Shown piece by piece: positions 1 through 8,873 of a stretch of 64,000 bases of DNA (positions within the stretch are counted from its first letter, which is position 1; each line of letters starts with the position of its first letter). This DNA is from an uncultured bacterium. Its GTDB lineage: Bacteria; Zixibacteria; MSB-5A5; CAIYYT01. The notes beneath the pieces are model-generated. The model was given only the letters and a program-made list of their open reading frames with translations. It did no database searches and had not been told where the DNA came from. The DNA lies in the NCBI GenBank assembly GCA_963726455.1, contig CAVSCK010000004.1, positions 1,024,001 to 1,088,000 of the forward strand, read 5' to 3'. The translations under genes and the position numbers were made by a program.

Positions 1-1
1 C

Positions 2-247
2 ATGGAGCAGTTGGCGGCTGCGGTAACGTCCGGAGATGCTGAAGGTCTTCGCAAAACTGCGCACCGGCTTAAGGGAGCATCCGCCAATGTCGGCGGCATG
101 CAGATTCGGGCTTCGGCAGCGGCGCTGGAGGCAATGGGAGCGGCTCGAAATCTTAAGGGCGCGGCTGGAATAGTCGGGCAAATCGATCAGCAACTACAGA
201 TGTTCAATCAGAAGACGGCATTCCTGTCAGAAGTTGGCGGGAAATGA
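2..247 (+). CDS. Hpt (histidine phosphotransfer) domain protein, 5'-truncated by window edge
   Basis: AHRLKGASANVGG Hpt signature. Confidence 0.85.
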   Translation: MEQLAAAVTSGDAEGLRKTAHRLKGASANVGGMQIRASAAALEAMGAARNLKGAAGIVGQIDQQLQMFNQKTAFLSEVGGK

Positions 248-975
248 TGATAGTTGTGGTGGACGATGAATTAACCTCGCGTCGCTTGCTGGGGGGCACT
301 CTCAGAAAGCATCACTATGAAGTCGTGGAATTAACCAACGGCAAAGAAGCGCTCGATTTCCTACAGGGACATGGTACAGTCGACCTGATTGTTTCTGATG
401 TGATCATGCCGGAGGTGGACGGATTCGACATGCTGCGATTTCTCAAGGCGGACGAGAGATTCAAGAAGATTCCGGTGGTCTTGACGACTTCGCTCAATGA
501 CAATGAGTCGGTTATGAAGGGTATCGAACTGGGCGCCGTCGGCTATGTGACCAAGCCGGTCGTGGGCGCAGTGCTGCTGGCCAAAGTTGAGAAGATACTT
601 TCCCCTCAGCGATCCCGCGTCCTGGTGGTGGCAACCGAGCCGGCGATGCGAAATGCCATCATGCAGGTGGTGGAGCGTTGTGGCTTTGCAGTATTGGATG
701 TCGGTAACGGCGAAGAAGCGGTGATGATATTGCGATCGCACAAGGTGTCGGCGGTCATATCCGATTCGACGTTGCCGGGAATGTCGGGAATTGACCTGCT
801 GCGGTCGATCAAGAAAGACCATACCGGACTGCCGGTGCTGCTAATGACGGGCAACCATAGCCAATTCAGCGCACGCGAATTGTTACGCGCGGGCGCGGAC
901 GATTATATCACCAAGCCGTTTCATAATGTCGAGATCATCAGAAAACTGAGTTCAGTGACAGGACAGACGCTGTAA
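244..975 (+). CDS. Response regulator with two tandem receiver domains
   Basis: VVDD...SDVIMPEVDG...YVTKP and SDSTLPGMSG...DYITKPF; overlaps the Hpt stop codon. Confidence 0.9.
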   Translation: MMIVVVDDELTSRRLLGGTLRKHHYEVVELTNGKEALDFLQGHGTVDLIVSDVIMPEVDGFDMLRFLKADERFKKIPVVLTTSLNDNESVMKGIELGAVGYVTKPVVGAVLLAKVEKILSPQRSRVLVVATEPAMRNAIMQVVERCGFAVLDVGNGEEAVMILRSHKVSAVISDSTLPGMSGIDLLRSIKKDHTGLPVLLMTGNHSQFSARELLRAGADDYITKPFHNVEIIRKLSSVTGQTL

Positions 976-1399
976 TCTTCCCTAGTCAAAGCTGAACCTG
1001 TTTTGACGTACTCTTGCCTCGGGTGGGAGACCGCGCCGAACTCTCAATAGCCGAAACATCACAGACAGCATCAGAATAAGATACCCGTTCCACGCCTCGC
1101 TGCCGGCGAAGCACGTTCATACAATCTATCTCCCCTGCGTTGCCGGTTGCCAGTGACGATTGGTCACGAATTACTTCCGTGGCATAAATTGATACAATAC
1201 AGAACTTTTCCGCTATGATGTTGAGCATAATAAGGGGCTTGACTTCTTCTGTCTTGACAGTGTCGAAGACTTCAGTTAGATTAGCTTTAGATTAACACAA
1301 AGCAGATTAAGAATTGAGAGCCGGGTGATGAAGTCGTATCCGCTTTCATGTTCAGGGGGAAAAGTCCGTCCTTTGACATTTATCACGCAGGAGTAACAT

Positions 1400-3607
1400 A
1401 TGAAGTACATTGGTAGAACCTGGGTTATCGTATGGGTTTTGATGGCCGTGTGGTCGTCATACTCATACGGCGCGATTCCGTTATCAGTAAACTATCAAGG
1501 GCGGCTTACCGATGCGGTGGGTGCGCCGGTTAACGACACGGTTGACCTGGCCTTCTTCATTTGCGCTGATTCTCTTTGCGCAACGCAGCTTTGGACGGAG
1601 TCGCACCGAGGCGTTATCGTCAATAACGGACTCTTCGACGTGTTGCTGGGTCGATACATTCCGATTCAGGCCGCCGTCTTTGATGGTTCGGTGCGCTTTC
1701 TATCTGTCTCGTTGGGCAGTGGATCGGTAACGACGCACCGACTTGCCCTCACCAGTGTCGGCTATGCATACAAAGCGTTGAACGCCGACACGGCCAATTA
1801 TGCCAAGAGTGGTGGCGGAGTGGACTGCGCCGACTGCAACGAAGTTTTTGTCAATGTCGCCGGACCGGATAGCGTTTACACTACCACCGGCACCGCGTTT
1901 CTGGGAAAGTCGGCGGGAAGCAGTGGCTCGGACATGGTCGGTGTAAAGGGCAACGCGTCCAATAGCTCTGGCTACGCCTATGGCGGACTGTTCACTACAT
2001 CAAATGCCGGGACGTCCTTGCACGTCGGAGTCAAGGGGGACGCACAAGGCGCTTCCGCCGGCGATGTTTACGGTGTGCAGGGCTGGGGCAACAATACTTC
2101 CACCGGCGGCGCTTATGGCGGATATTTCAACTCGACGACTAACGGTACGGGCGTTCATTACGGGCTTTACACGAAGGGCTGGGGCAACTCTTCCTCGGCC
2201 ACTTACGGACTGAGTGCCGAAGCTGCCAGCGCGGGATCCGGCCCAGTTTACGGCGCGGCAATAAGTGCCGCCACTGGCGGTACCGGCATACACTTCGGGG
2301 CTTACGTCACATCGGAGGCATCAACTTCCAACACGATATACAGTGTTTGGGGCGAGGCGAGCAATACATCCACCGGTCCCGCTTACGGGGGAAACTTTAG
2401 AGCCACCTCTTCGGGAACAGGAACCCATTATGCCATAAATGGAAATGCCTACAGTGCTTCCGCAAGCGATGCCTATGGATCCAAGGGTTATGCTTCCAGC
2501 ACTTCAAGCGGTGACGCCTACGGCGGCTACTTCTCAACCTCCGTTTTCGGAACCGGAGTTCATTATGCCATGAAAGCGGACGGTTACGGTGGATCCGCCA
2601 GCCCGGTTCACGGGGTTAACGGACGAGCAGAGAATACTTCGAATGGCACAGTGTATGCAGGTCTGTTTACGGCAGCTTCGACGGGGACGGGATCGCATTA
2701 CGGAAGCTACGCGCAAAGCGGAGCAGCGTCCGCGGCTAGTTCATATGGTGCGCTGGGTACGGCTTCCAATAGTTCGACGGGGGACGTGTTTGGCGTCTCT
2801 GGTACTGCGACCAGCACGTCATCGGGTGATACACACGGCGGATATTTTTCGACTTCGAACACCGGCACGGGGGCTCATTTCGGCGTGGTTGGGCGCGGCT
2901 ACAATGATGACGCCACCGACTGTATTGGTGTTTATGGCTACGCGGCCAATACTGGTACCGGAGGAGCATTAGCGGGCTATTTCGTTGCGGCAAATGAAGG
3001 AACCGGACGGATAATTGGCGTCTATGGTGAAGCGGCTCCCCGCCCGGGCTACTCCTGGGCCGGCTGGTTTCAGGGGAACCTTGGTGCGGACAATGACCTC
3101 TTTGTCAATGGAAGCAAGAGCGCAGCCGTTCAGACTGCCAAGGGGGAATACCGTGCTCTGTATAGTCAGGAATCGCCCGAGATCTGGTTTGAAGATTTCG
3201 GAGAAGGTCAGCTAATCAACGGAAGAATGCATATCGAGCTTGATCCTGTCTACCTGCAAACGGTAACGATAGATGCCAGGTATCCGATGAAAGTATTCGT
3301 GCAACTGGAGGGAGATTGCGGCGGCGTGTATGTTCAGAAGGGCACAACCGGTTTTGATGTGAACGAGCTTAAGGGCGGGAACAGTAATGTGCCATTCTCT
3401 TATCGAGTCGTAGCAAAGCGCAAGGGCTATGAGGACAAGAGATTGCCGATCCTGGAAGGTTATGCGCCCGACAAAATTCGAGCCAGCAGCGCGGCAATTC
3501 AGGCCAGGTCGGAGGCCAGCCGCGTGAAAATGGACGCGGACGCACAACGTGCGGCCACAGAAAATAAGGCGGCGATGGAGACGAAGGCGCCTCCGGCTGA
3601 AGAATAG
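1400..3607 (+). CDS. Secreted Gly/Ser/Thr-rich repeat (beta-solenoid/fibre-like) protein
   Basis: Signal peptide; N-terminal NYQGRLTD domain; 15/45-aa YG repeats; C-terminal ESPEIWFEDFG...FSYRVVAKRKGYED domain typical of fibre-like surface proteins; RBS gcaggag. Confidence 0.75.
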   Translation: MKYIGRTWVIVWVLMAVWSSYSYGAIPLSVNYQGRLTDAVGAPVNDTVDLAFFICADSLCATQLWTESHRGVIVNNGLFDVLLGRYIPIQAAVFDGSVRFLSVSLGSGSVTTHRLALTSVGYAYKALNADTANYAKSGGGVDCADCNEVFVNVAGPDSVYTTTGTAFLGKSAGSSGSDMVGVKGNASNSSGYAYGGLFTTSNAGTSLHVGVKGDAQGASAGDVYGVQGWGNNTSTGGAYGGYFNSTTNGTGVHYGLYTKGWGNSSSATYGLSAEAASAGSGPVYGAAISAATGGTGIHFGAYVTSEASTSNTIYSVWGEASNTSTGPAYGGNFRATSSGTGTHYAINGNAYSASASDAYGSKGYASSTSSGDAYGGYFSTSVFGTGVHYAMKADGYGGSASPVHGVNGRAENTSNGTVYAGLFTAASTGTGSHYGSYAQSGAASAASSYGALGTASNSSTGDVFGVSGTATSTSSGDTHGGYFSTSNTGTGAHFGVVGRGYNDDATDCIGVYGYAANTGTGGALAGYFVAANEGTGRIIGVYGEAAPRPGYSWAGWFQGNLGADNDLFVNGSKSAAVQTAKGEYRALYSQESPEIWFEDFGEGQLINGRMHIELDPVYLQTVTIDARYPMKVFVQLEGDCGGVYVQKGTTGFDVNELKGGNSNVPFSYRVVAKRKGYEDKRLPILEGYAPDKIRASSAAIQARSEASRVKMDADAQRAATENKAAMETKAPPAEE

Positions 3608-3643
3608 CAGACACGCGATAAAACGATTCCCGCGTGGGATACG

Positions 3644-3677
3644 CCGCGCCGCCAGGAATGGATTCCTGACGGCGCGG
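3644..3677. repeat. GC-rich palindrome (REP-like), related copy at 4896-4926
   Basis: ccgcgccgccaggaat-gg-attcctgacggcgcgg; the right arm ttcctgacggcgcggtt recurs at ~4910 and partly at ~4943. Confidence 0.55.
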
Positions 3678-3842
3678 TTGTTTGTGGGAGTCGACACATA
3701 GTGGTGTTCGATGAGCGCGGCACAGTACTTACTTCTCACAGGATCGATTGGGTTTGCGGCCGCGTAATGTGATTGCGATGAAAAGGCGGCAGACGTAATA
3801 TGTAAGAGTCACCGGCAATTTGACCAGGAAGGACAATGCAAA

Positions 3843-4322
3843 ATGACAGATGTGGAATTGCTGAGGCACACGGTTGCCACTCTCGCCTATCGCGCGGCCA
3901 AGACTATGCGAGGGGCGCCGGAATCATTTGCTTCGTTTATGCCCGGACCGAAATCGCAGACACCGCTGCAAATCGTGGCGCATATGGGCGACCTGTTTGA
4001 CTGGGCGCTGACAATGATCTCGGGAGAGCCGAAGTGGAATTCGTCGACACCAAAGGATTGGAAGTCGGAATGCGCGCGATTCTTTGCGGCGCTGAAGAAG
4101 TTCGATAATGCTCTGGCCTCGGGAGAGACATTACACTACGAATTGACGCGCATTTTTCAGGGGCCGATTGCTGATGCGCTGACGCACACCGGACAGTTGG
4201 CGATGTTGCGCCGCTTGTCGGGATCGCCGATGAAGGGAGAGAGCTACAATCGCGCTGAGATAGTGATCGGACGCGTGGAATTCGAACAGACGCCGCCGAA
4301 TCCGAAGTATGAGTTTGACTGA
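3843..4322 (+). CDS. DinB/DUF664-like four-helix bundle protein
   Basis: IVAHMGDL and DALTHTGQLAMLRR His motifs of the DinB superfamily. Confidence 0.7.
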   Translation: MTDVELLRHTVATLAYRAAKTMRGAPESFASFMPGPKSQTPLQIVAHMGDLFDWALTMISGEPKWNSSTPKDWKSECARFFAALKKFDNALASGETLHYELTRIFQGPIADALTHTGQLAMLRRLSGSPMKGESYNRAEIVIGRVEFEQTPPNPKYEFD

Positions 4323-4741
4323 TGGCCCTCAGCGCATTTGATGACAAGTCACGGCCGCCGCAGGAAAAGGAGTTGGCGGCGATGTTGGGAGAGTCTTCCA
4401 CGCTTTGGAGCAATCTGCAGCAGTCGATCGTCGCGAAATTCTCCCCTGTCACCGTTGAGTGGGGATACGCGAGCAAGACCACCGGCTGGGGTCTGCGGCT
4501 CAAACATGAAAAGCGTGCGGTCGTGTATATGACCCCTTGCAAGGGTTATTTCCTGGCTTCCTTTGCACTGGGCGAAAAGGCAATCACGCAAATTCACGAG
4601 GCAGAACTTCCCGAAGCCATCCTTACAGTGATCGACAGCGCGCCGAAGTATGCCGAGGGCCGAGGCGTGCGGATTGAAGTGAGAACGGCGGCAGATGTTC
4701 GGAGTATTGAGAAGATTGCGGAAATCAAGATGAGGAGTTGA
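4322..4741 (+). CDS. DUF3788-like protein
   Basis: EW...GWGLRLK..KRAVVYMTP...YAEGRGVRIEV pattern; translationally coupled to the DinB-like gene. Confidence 0.7.
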   Translation: MALSAFDDKSRPPQEKELAAMLGESSTLWSNLQQSIVAKFSPVTVEWGYASKTTGWGLRLKHEKRAVVYMTPCKGYFLASFALGEKAITQIHEAELPEAILTVIDSAPKYAEGRGVRIEVRTAADVRSIEKIAEIKMRS

Positions 4742-4970
4742 GGGGACGGCGAGGGGGTCAGAACTTCGTCAATTATGATTCGCAGGAATACGGTGGGCGT
4801 GGAAACCAATCCCCTACGCGGGGATTCTCAGTGCCGGCGTGGGTGATGAAAAGATGAATCCACTCGTTGAAGAACGATGGCCAGTGTCCTCAATTCCGTC
4901 AGGAAGGGGTTCCTGACGGCGCGGTTACTGACCGGGCGATGACTGACGGCGCGGTTCCAAGATGCTAAAC

Positions 4971-4998
4971 AAAAACGGCGGAACGAGGGTTCCGCCGT
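4971..4998 (-). terminator. Rho-independent terminator of rpsU-yqeY
   Basis: acggcggaac-gagg-gttccgccgt hairpin with an A-run on + (U-run on -). Confidence 0.75.
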
Positions 4999-5019
4999 GT
5001 CGTGATGTCAAACGAGATG

Positions 5020-5466
5020 CTAATTCGATAATTTCAGCGCGATCAGTTGGCGAATCTTGTTGCCATCCGCCTGCCCTTTGACTTTGGGCATGATCGCTTT
5101 CATAACTTTGCCAAGGTCGGCGGGCGTAGTTGCACCCGTTTCCAGGATCGTGGCACTGACGATCTCCGCGAGTTTGTCATCCGACAACTGTTGCGGCAGG
5201 TAGCCGGTGATGATTTCGAGCTCACCGGTTTCCTTGGTGACGAGATCGTCCCGTCCACCCTGCTGGAATTGCTGGATCGAATCACGCCGCCGCTTGGCGG
5301 CAGAAGCCAGCACACCGATCATATCTTCATCGGTGAGCGGCTCCTTTTTGTCGATCTCTTTGTACTTGATGTCCGACTTCAGCCCCCTAATAACTTCCGT
5401 CCTGAGTTTGTCCCCCTTCTTGAGGGAGACTATGAGGTCAGAATTTAGGGTATCAAGAAGAGACAT
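5020..5466 (-). CDS. yqeY: GatB/YqeY domain protein
   Basis: KRRRDSIQQFQQGGRDDL...YLPQQLS...DLGKVMKAIMPKVKGQADG; conserved position after rpsU; ATG at 5466. Confidence 0.92.
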   Translation of the reverse strand: MSLLDTLNSDLIVSLKKGDKLRTEVIRGLKSDIKYKEIDKKEPLTDEDMIGVLASAAKRRRDSIQQFQQGGRDDLVTKETGELEIITGYLPQQLSDDKLAEIVSATILETGATTPADLGKVMKAIMPKVKGQADGNKIRQLIALKLSN

Positions 5467-5467
5467 C

Positions 5468-5659
5468 TTAGTCTTCCCTACTGTAGCGGCGGGCTTTACG
5501 CTTGGCCGCATTCAGCTTGCGTTTCTTGCGTTCCGACGGTTTCTCGAAATGCTGGTGCTTTTTGATGTCGGACAGAATGCCGCTTTTCTCGCACAGCTTA
5601 TTGAAGCGTCTCAACGCTTTTTCGAAAGACTCGTCATCGCGAACTTTGACTCCTGTCAA
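5468..5659 (-). CDS. rpsU: 30S ribosomal protein S21
   Basis: VRDDESFEKALRRF...HFEKPSERKKRK. Confidence 0.97.
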   Translation of the reverse strand: MTGVKVRDDESFEKALRRFNKLCEKSGILSDIKKHQHFEKPSERKKRKLNAAKRKARRYSRED

Positions 5660-5719
5660 GTATGGCTCGACCTCCTCTCAATGCCGGCAAAATTGTTAGC
5701 CCCGTACTCTTCCGGTACG

Positions 5720-5748
5720 AATATATCGACCGCTCAAAGTGGTGTCAA
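5720..5748 (-). promoter_or_regulatory. Sigma-70-type promoter of rpsU
   Basis: TTGACA-17 bp-TATATT on the minus strand. Confidence 0.65.
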
Positions 5749-5813
5749 CAGCATTCTCGAAAAAGAATTCTACCTAATTCACTGACAGACAACGGGAAAG
5801 GATTACGATAGAA

Positions 5814-5842
5814 AGAGGGCCGCCGATTTTGCGGCGACCCTC
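5814..5842 (-). terminator. Probable terminator after the cupredoxin-dockerin gene
   Basis: gagggccgccg...gcggcgaccctc hairpin followed by tttc on the minus strand. Confidence 0.5.
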
Positions 5843-5880
5843 GTCAGCAGAATCGTCTGGGAAGCATCAAGCGCGTCGCT

Positions 5881-6732
5881 TTACGCACAGTGCGGCACCG
5901 GGCCCCCTGCGAAAATGTATTGTATCAAATAGACGGCATCGGAGATATCGACTGCGCCATCGCCATTGGCGTCTCCCTTGCCATTGGGAATGACACAGGT
6001 GGCCGGCGCAGCCCCGCCGGCAAATATATACTGAATCAAGAAGACGGCGTCGGAGATGTCGATGCCGCCGTCGCTGTTGGCATCGCCACAACTGGTACAT
6101 TGAGGGGCGCCATTGACGAAGATCGTGTCGAACATGACCGTCGGATGGAACTCACAATGGTACGGAAACGGCCCGAATCCATCGGATACGTGAAAGACCA
6201 CCTGGAAGAACTGCCCGATACTCGCCAATGTCGGAGAATTCCACGCTTTGGGTGAGCTCGGGTCGGAAGTTGTCGTGTGCGTTCCGCTGGCCCAGGACCA
6301 GACTACGGTGTCACCCTGGTTTATTGTGGTATGAGGCGGAGTAAAGGCGAAATCGCCGACCTTGATGAGGTGAATTGACGAGGGGTAATTCACGAAAATG
6401 GTATCCATCATGGCCAGCGGATGAACTGAGCAGTGATAAGGAAAAGGTCCCGGGCCATCGGCAAGGGTAAACACAACGTCGAAGAATTGGCCGGGCGAAG
6501 TCAGGAGCGGGGAATTCCAACTCTTGACGGAGCTGAGGTCGGAAGTGGAAGTGTGCTGAATACCACTGGAATATGCCCAGCGCACGGTGTCTCCGGGAGA
6601 GACGTGCGTTTTTGCGGGTGTAAAGAAGAAATTACCAACATTGACTACGTGAATTACGGCAGCAGCGGGGGTGGCCATTGCCAGCAGCAGTGCTGCAATG
6701 ATGCCGGCGAAGCGCATGCACCCTTGTCTCAT
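5881..6732 (-). CDS. Secreted tandem cupredoxin (plastocyanin/azurin-like) protein with C-terminal dockerin
   Basis: Two repeats with H..., YHCSVHPLAM and YHCEFHPTVM Cu ligands; [45 protein letters not shown]; signal peptide; RBS ggaaggag. Confidence 0.85.
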   Translation of the reverse strand: MRQGCMRFAGIIAALLLAMATPAAAVIHVVNVGNFFFTPAKTHVSPGDTVRWAYSSGIQHTSTSDLSSVKSWNSPLLTSPGQFFDVVFTLADGPGPFPYHCSVHPLAMMDTIFVNYPSSIHLIKVGDFAFTPPHTTINQGDTVVWSWASGTHTTTSDPSSPKAWNSPTLASIGQFFQVVFHVSDGFGPFPYHCEFHPTVMFDTIFVNGAPQCTSCGDANSDGGIDISDAVFLIQYIFAGGAAPATCVIPNGKGDANGDGAVDISDAVYLIQYIFAGGPVPHCA

Positions 6733-7008
6733 GTTTTCTCCTTCCGTGTGCAATCGGCTGTGGCGGGACGCGGCGCAAACGCCAATTCCATTGCCAGTTG
6801 GCACCTATCGTCGGCCGCCTGCAAGGTGTTGTTAGTTTCGCAACGCATCGCTCAGGCGGTGCCGTCGCGTCTGTCGGAATCGAGTTCCGGCAGTTTTTGA
6901 CAACTGATACAGAAACTGTTACGTCAGTTAGCTAGATTATCCACAATGAATTCTGAGAACTTACGTGCCAATTCCGAAGAAAGTCTGTGGACGAGTGGTG
7001 CAGGCCGG

Positions 7009-8412
7009 TCAGTCGGTGCGAGAGGAATTGCTTTGGCGAAGATAGTTCATGGCGGGGTTGGAGATGACGAATTTGTATTTGCCGGAGTCGGTGCGGTTGA
7101 TCTGTTCGACCAGTTCGACCGACACTTTGAATTGATTCTGAAAGCAGTCTCGATAAGCGGCGGCGATGATGGACGGGTCGTGGCGGCGGTCGAAGGTTTC
7201 GCGCGGAATGACGCGGATGACCAAATCATCAACGGAGGTCTGCTCCAATTGGATGCGTTTGTATTTCCCCGGGCAGGCGCGTTCAATGACGGGAATGATC
7301 TGGGGCGCCATCAAGCCATTGCGGGTTAGCAGAAGATCCTTCCCCCTGCCACCGATCACTTCCATTGCCTCGAAATTGCGTGAAGCGCCGTCGGGATAGC
7401 CGCGCGAAACTCCAAAATCTTCGGTGTGATAACGGATCATGGGAAACGCGTAGTTCTGGAGTGACGTCGTAATGATATCGCCGGGTGACTGCCCTGCCGA
7501 ATGTCCGTCAGGGCCGAGAAATTCGACATAACAATATTCGGAATTGATATAAAGGTTGCCGTCCATTAGTTCGCCGGCCGAGACGGTGTTTTCACGATTG
7601 CCGTAATATTGAATGATATGGGTGCCAAAGAAAGACGCGATCAGGTCGCGGTATTCGGGATACAGTTTCTCGCCCACGCTGATGACGACTGGAATATGTA
7701 TGGGTGAAAGATTTTGCTGACGGAAGTACTCAATCAGAATGGCAGCGTTGGCGGGTTGGCAATAAAGCAAACGCGGCTTAAATTTGCGCAGCCGGGCGTA
7801 GATACGCGGACAGTTTTCGAGAGTAACACTGCGCGAATCGATGAGGAGTGCATTCTCGTTAAAATCAATCGGCATGTCTTTGGGGTCACGGACAAATTTC
7901 AAAGGCACCGTGAGCTGCGCACGGCGATCACGGAAACGGTAGCCGATGTTGAGAAAATGCCGCCAAACGATGGCGCGACGATATTCTTCGAGATATTCCG
8001 AACGGTAAGTGGTGAGGCCGTCACGTGTGGTGGCACTGGTCGTGGTCGGTATGGGATGGAAGCGTTCGAACTCGTCGGAGCGGAGTTCGACGTTGTGTGC
8101 GGCAACGTCTTCCTTGTGCAACACGGGAAGCTGCTCGAAGTCGGCCGGCGTCTTGATGTCCGACGGGTGGAGACCGAGAGCATGAAAACTGCGGTGATAA
8201 TACGGGACATGCTCGTAAGCGTAATCGAGGAGGGCCCGGAGTTGTTGCCACTGAAAATCGGCCAGTTCTTCGCGGGTACTATGTTGATGTTCGTTGAGAA
8301 ACCGAAGTAACCGACGAAACTCGCCGCCATATTTCACTGGCAGCGGCAACAACGTGTGCCGGAACCGGCGCAGCGTTCCGAAGAGGTTCATCTTTGTCGA
8401 ATAGGCAGGCAA
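7009..8412 (-). CDS. Phenylacetate-CoA ligase/CapK-like adenylate-forming enzyme
   Basis: AYEHVPYYH, TTSATT, YYGNRE, FPMIRYHTED, GGRGKD, SGKYKFVIS motifs. Confidence 0.85.
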   Translation of the reverse strand: MPAYSTKMNLFGTLRRFRHTLLPLPVKYGGEFRRLLRFLNEHQHSTREELADFQWQQLRALLDYAYEHVPYYHRSFHALGLHPSDIKTPADFEQLPVLHKEDVAAHNVELRSDEFERFHPIPTTTSATTRDGLTTYRSEYLEEYRRAIVWRHFLNIGYRFRDRRAQLTVPLKFVRDPKDMPIDFNENALLIDSRSVTLENCPRIYARLRKFKPRLLYCQPANAAILIEYFRQQNLSPIHIPVVISVGEKLYPEYRDLIASFFGTHIIQYYGNRENTVSAGELMDGNLYINSEYCYVEFLGPDGHSAGQSPGDIITTSLQNYAFPMIRYHTEDFGVSRGYPDGASRNFEAMEVIGGRGKDLLLTRNGLMAPQIIPVIERACPGKYKRIQLEQTSVDDLVIRVIPRETFDRRHDPSIIAAAYRDCFQNQFKVSVELVEQINRTDSGKYKFVISNPAMNYLRQSNSSRTD

Positions 8413-8579
8413 GTACGAGTGACCTCCATGTATGTACTATTTATCGGCCGGCCAGCCCGATTTGCGCACTCGACGTGCCGCACTGTCACTAAGACGTCGA
8501 CTACCGACCGGTGCGAGTTTGCTTGACAAGAAATATAACCTATGATGGAAGTTGACGAACGGATTTTCTGTCGGCACTC

Positions 8580-8706
8580 AAAATTGGGCCGGCGGCATGT
8601 CACCATACCGCCGGTTTCCTACCCCCGCCTCCGTAACGCCCCCGGACGGACTTTTGAGGTTATTCAGCCAGTCGCGCTGAGGTTCCAATCATCGCAACCG
8701 CTTTCA
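8580..8706 (-). ncRNA. Candidate sigma-54-dependent small RNA
   Basis: Lies between a -24/-12 motif (8718-8733) and an 11-bp GC hairpin (8589-8614) followed by aatttt; no credible ORF; inferred only. Confidence 0.35.
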
Positions 8707-8717
8707 GCCAGAGTAAA

Positions 8718-8733
8718 AGCAATCCGTGTGCCC
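8718..8733 (-). promoter_or_regulatory. Sigma-54 (-24/-12) promoter
   Basis: Minus strand GGGCACACGGATTGCT vs consensus TGGCACGNNNNTTGCW, exact GG-N10-GC spacing. Confidence 0.6.
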
Positions 8734-8827
8734 GACGTGACATGCAGGCAGAAACGCACCTAATTCACGTTTGGATCGACGGTTTTGATTCCTTAAATGT
8801 GAAGCTTAATCAGGGATGTCGTAAACC

Positions 8828-8856
8828 TGCCACAAATGCGGTGTCTGCTTGTGGCA
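8828..8856. promoter_or_regulatory. Inverted repeat, candidate enhancer (UAS) for the adjacent NtrC-type regulator
   Basis: TGCCACAA-N13-TTGTGGCA, ~95-125 bp upstream of the sigma-54 motif. Confidence 0.45.
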
Positions 8857-8873
8857 AAAATGCGTCAAATGAG

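Noticed and set aside
6783-6798. Sigma-54 promoter for the cupredoxin gene
   Set aside because: TGGCAATGGAATTGGC lacks the conserved -12 GC at the required spacing.
8643-8687. 12-nt identities between the candidate sRNA and leaders at ~1360 and ~16975
   Set aside because: Matches of this length are expected by chance in 64 kb and are sense-sense rather than antisense.
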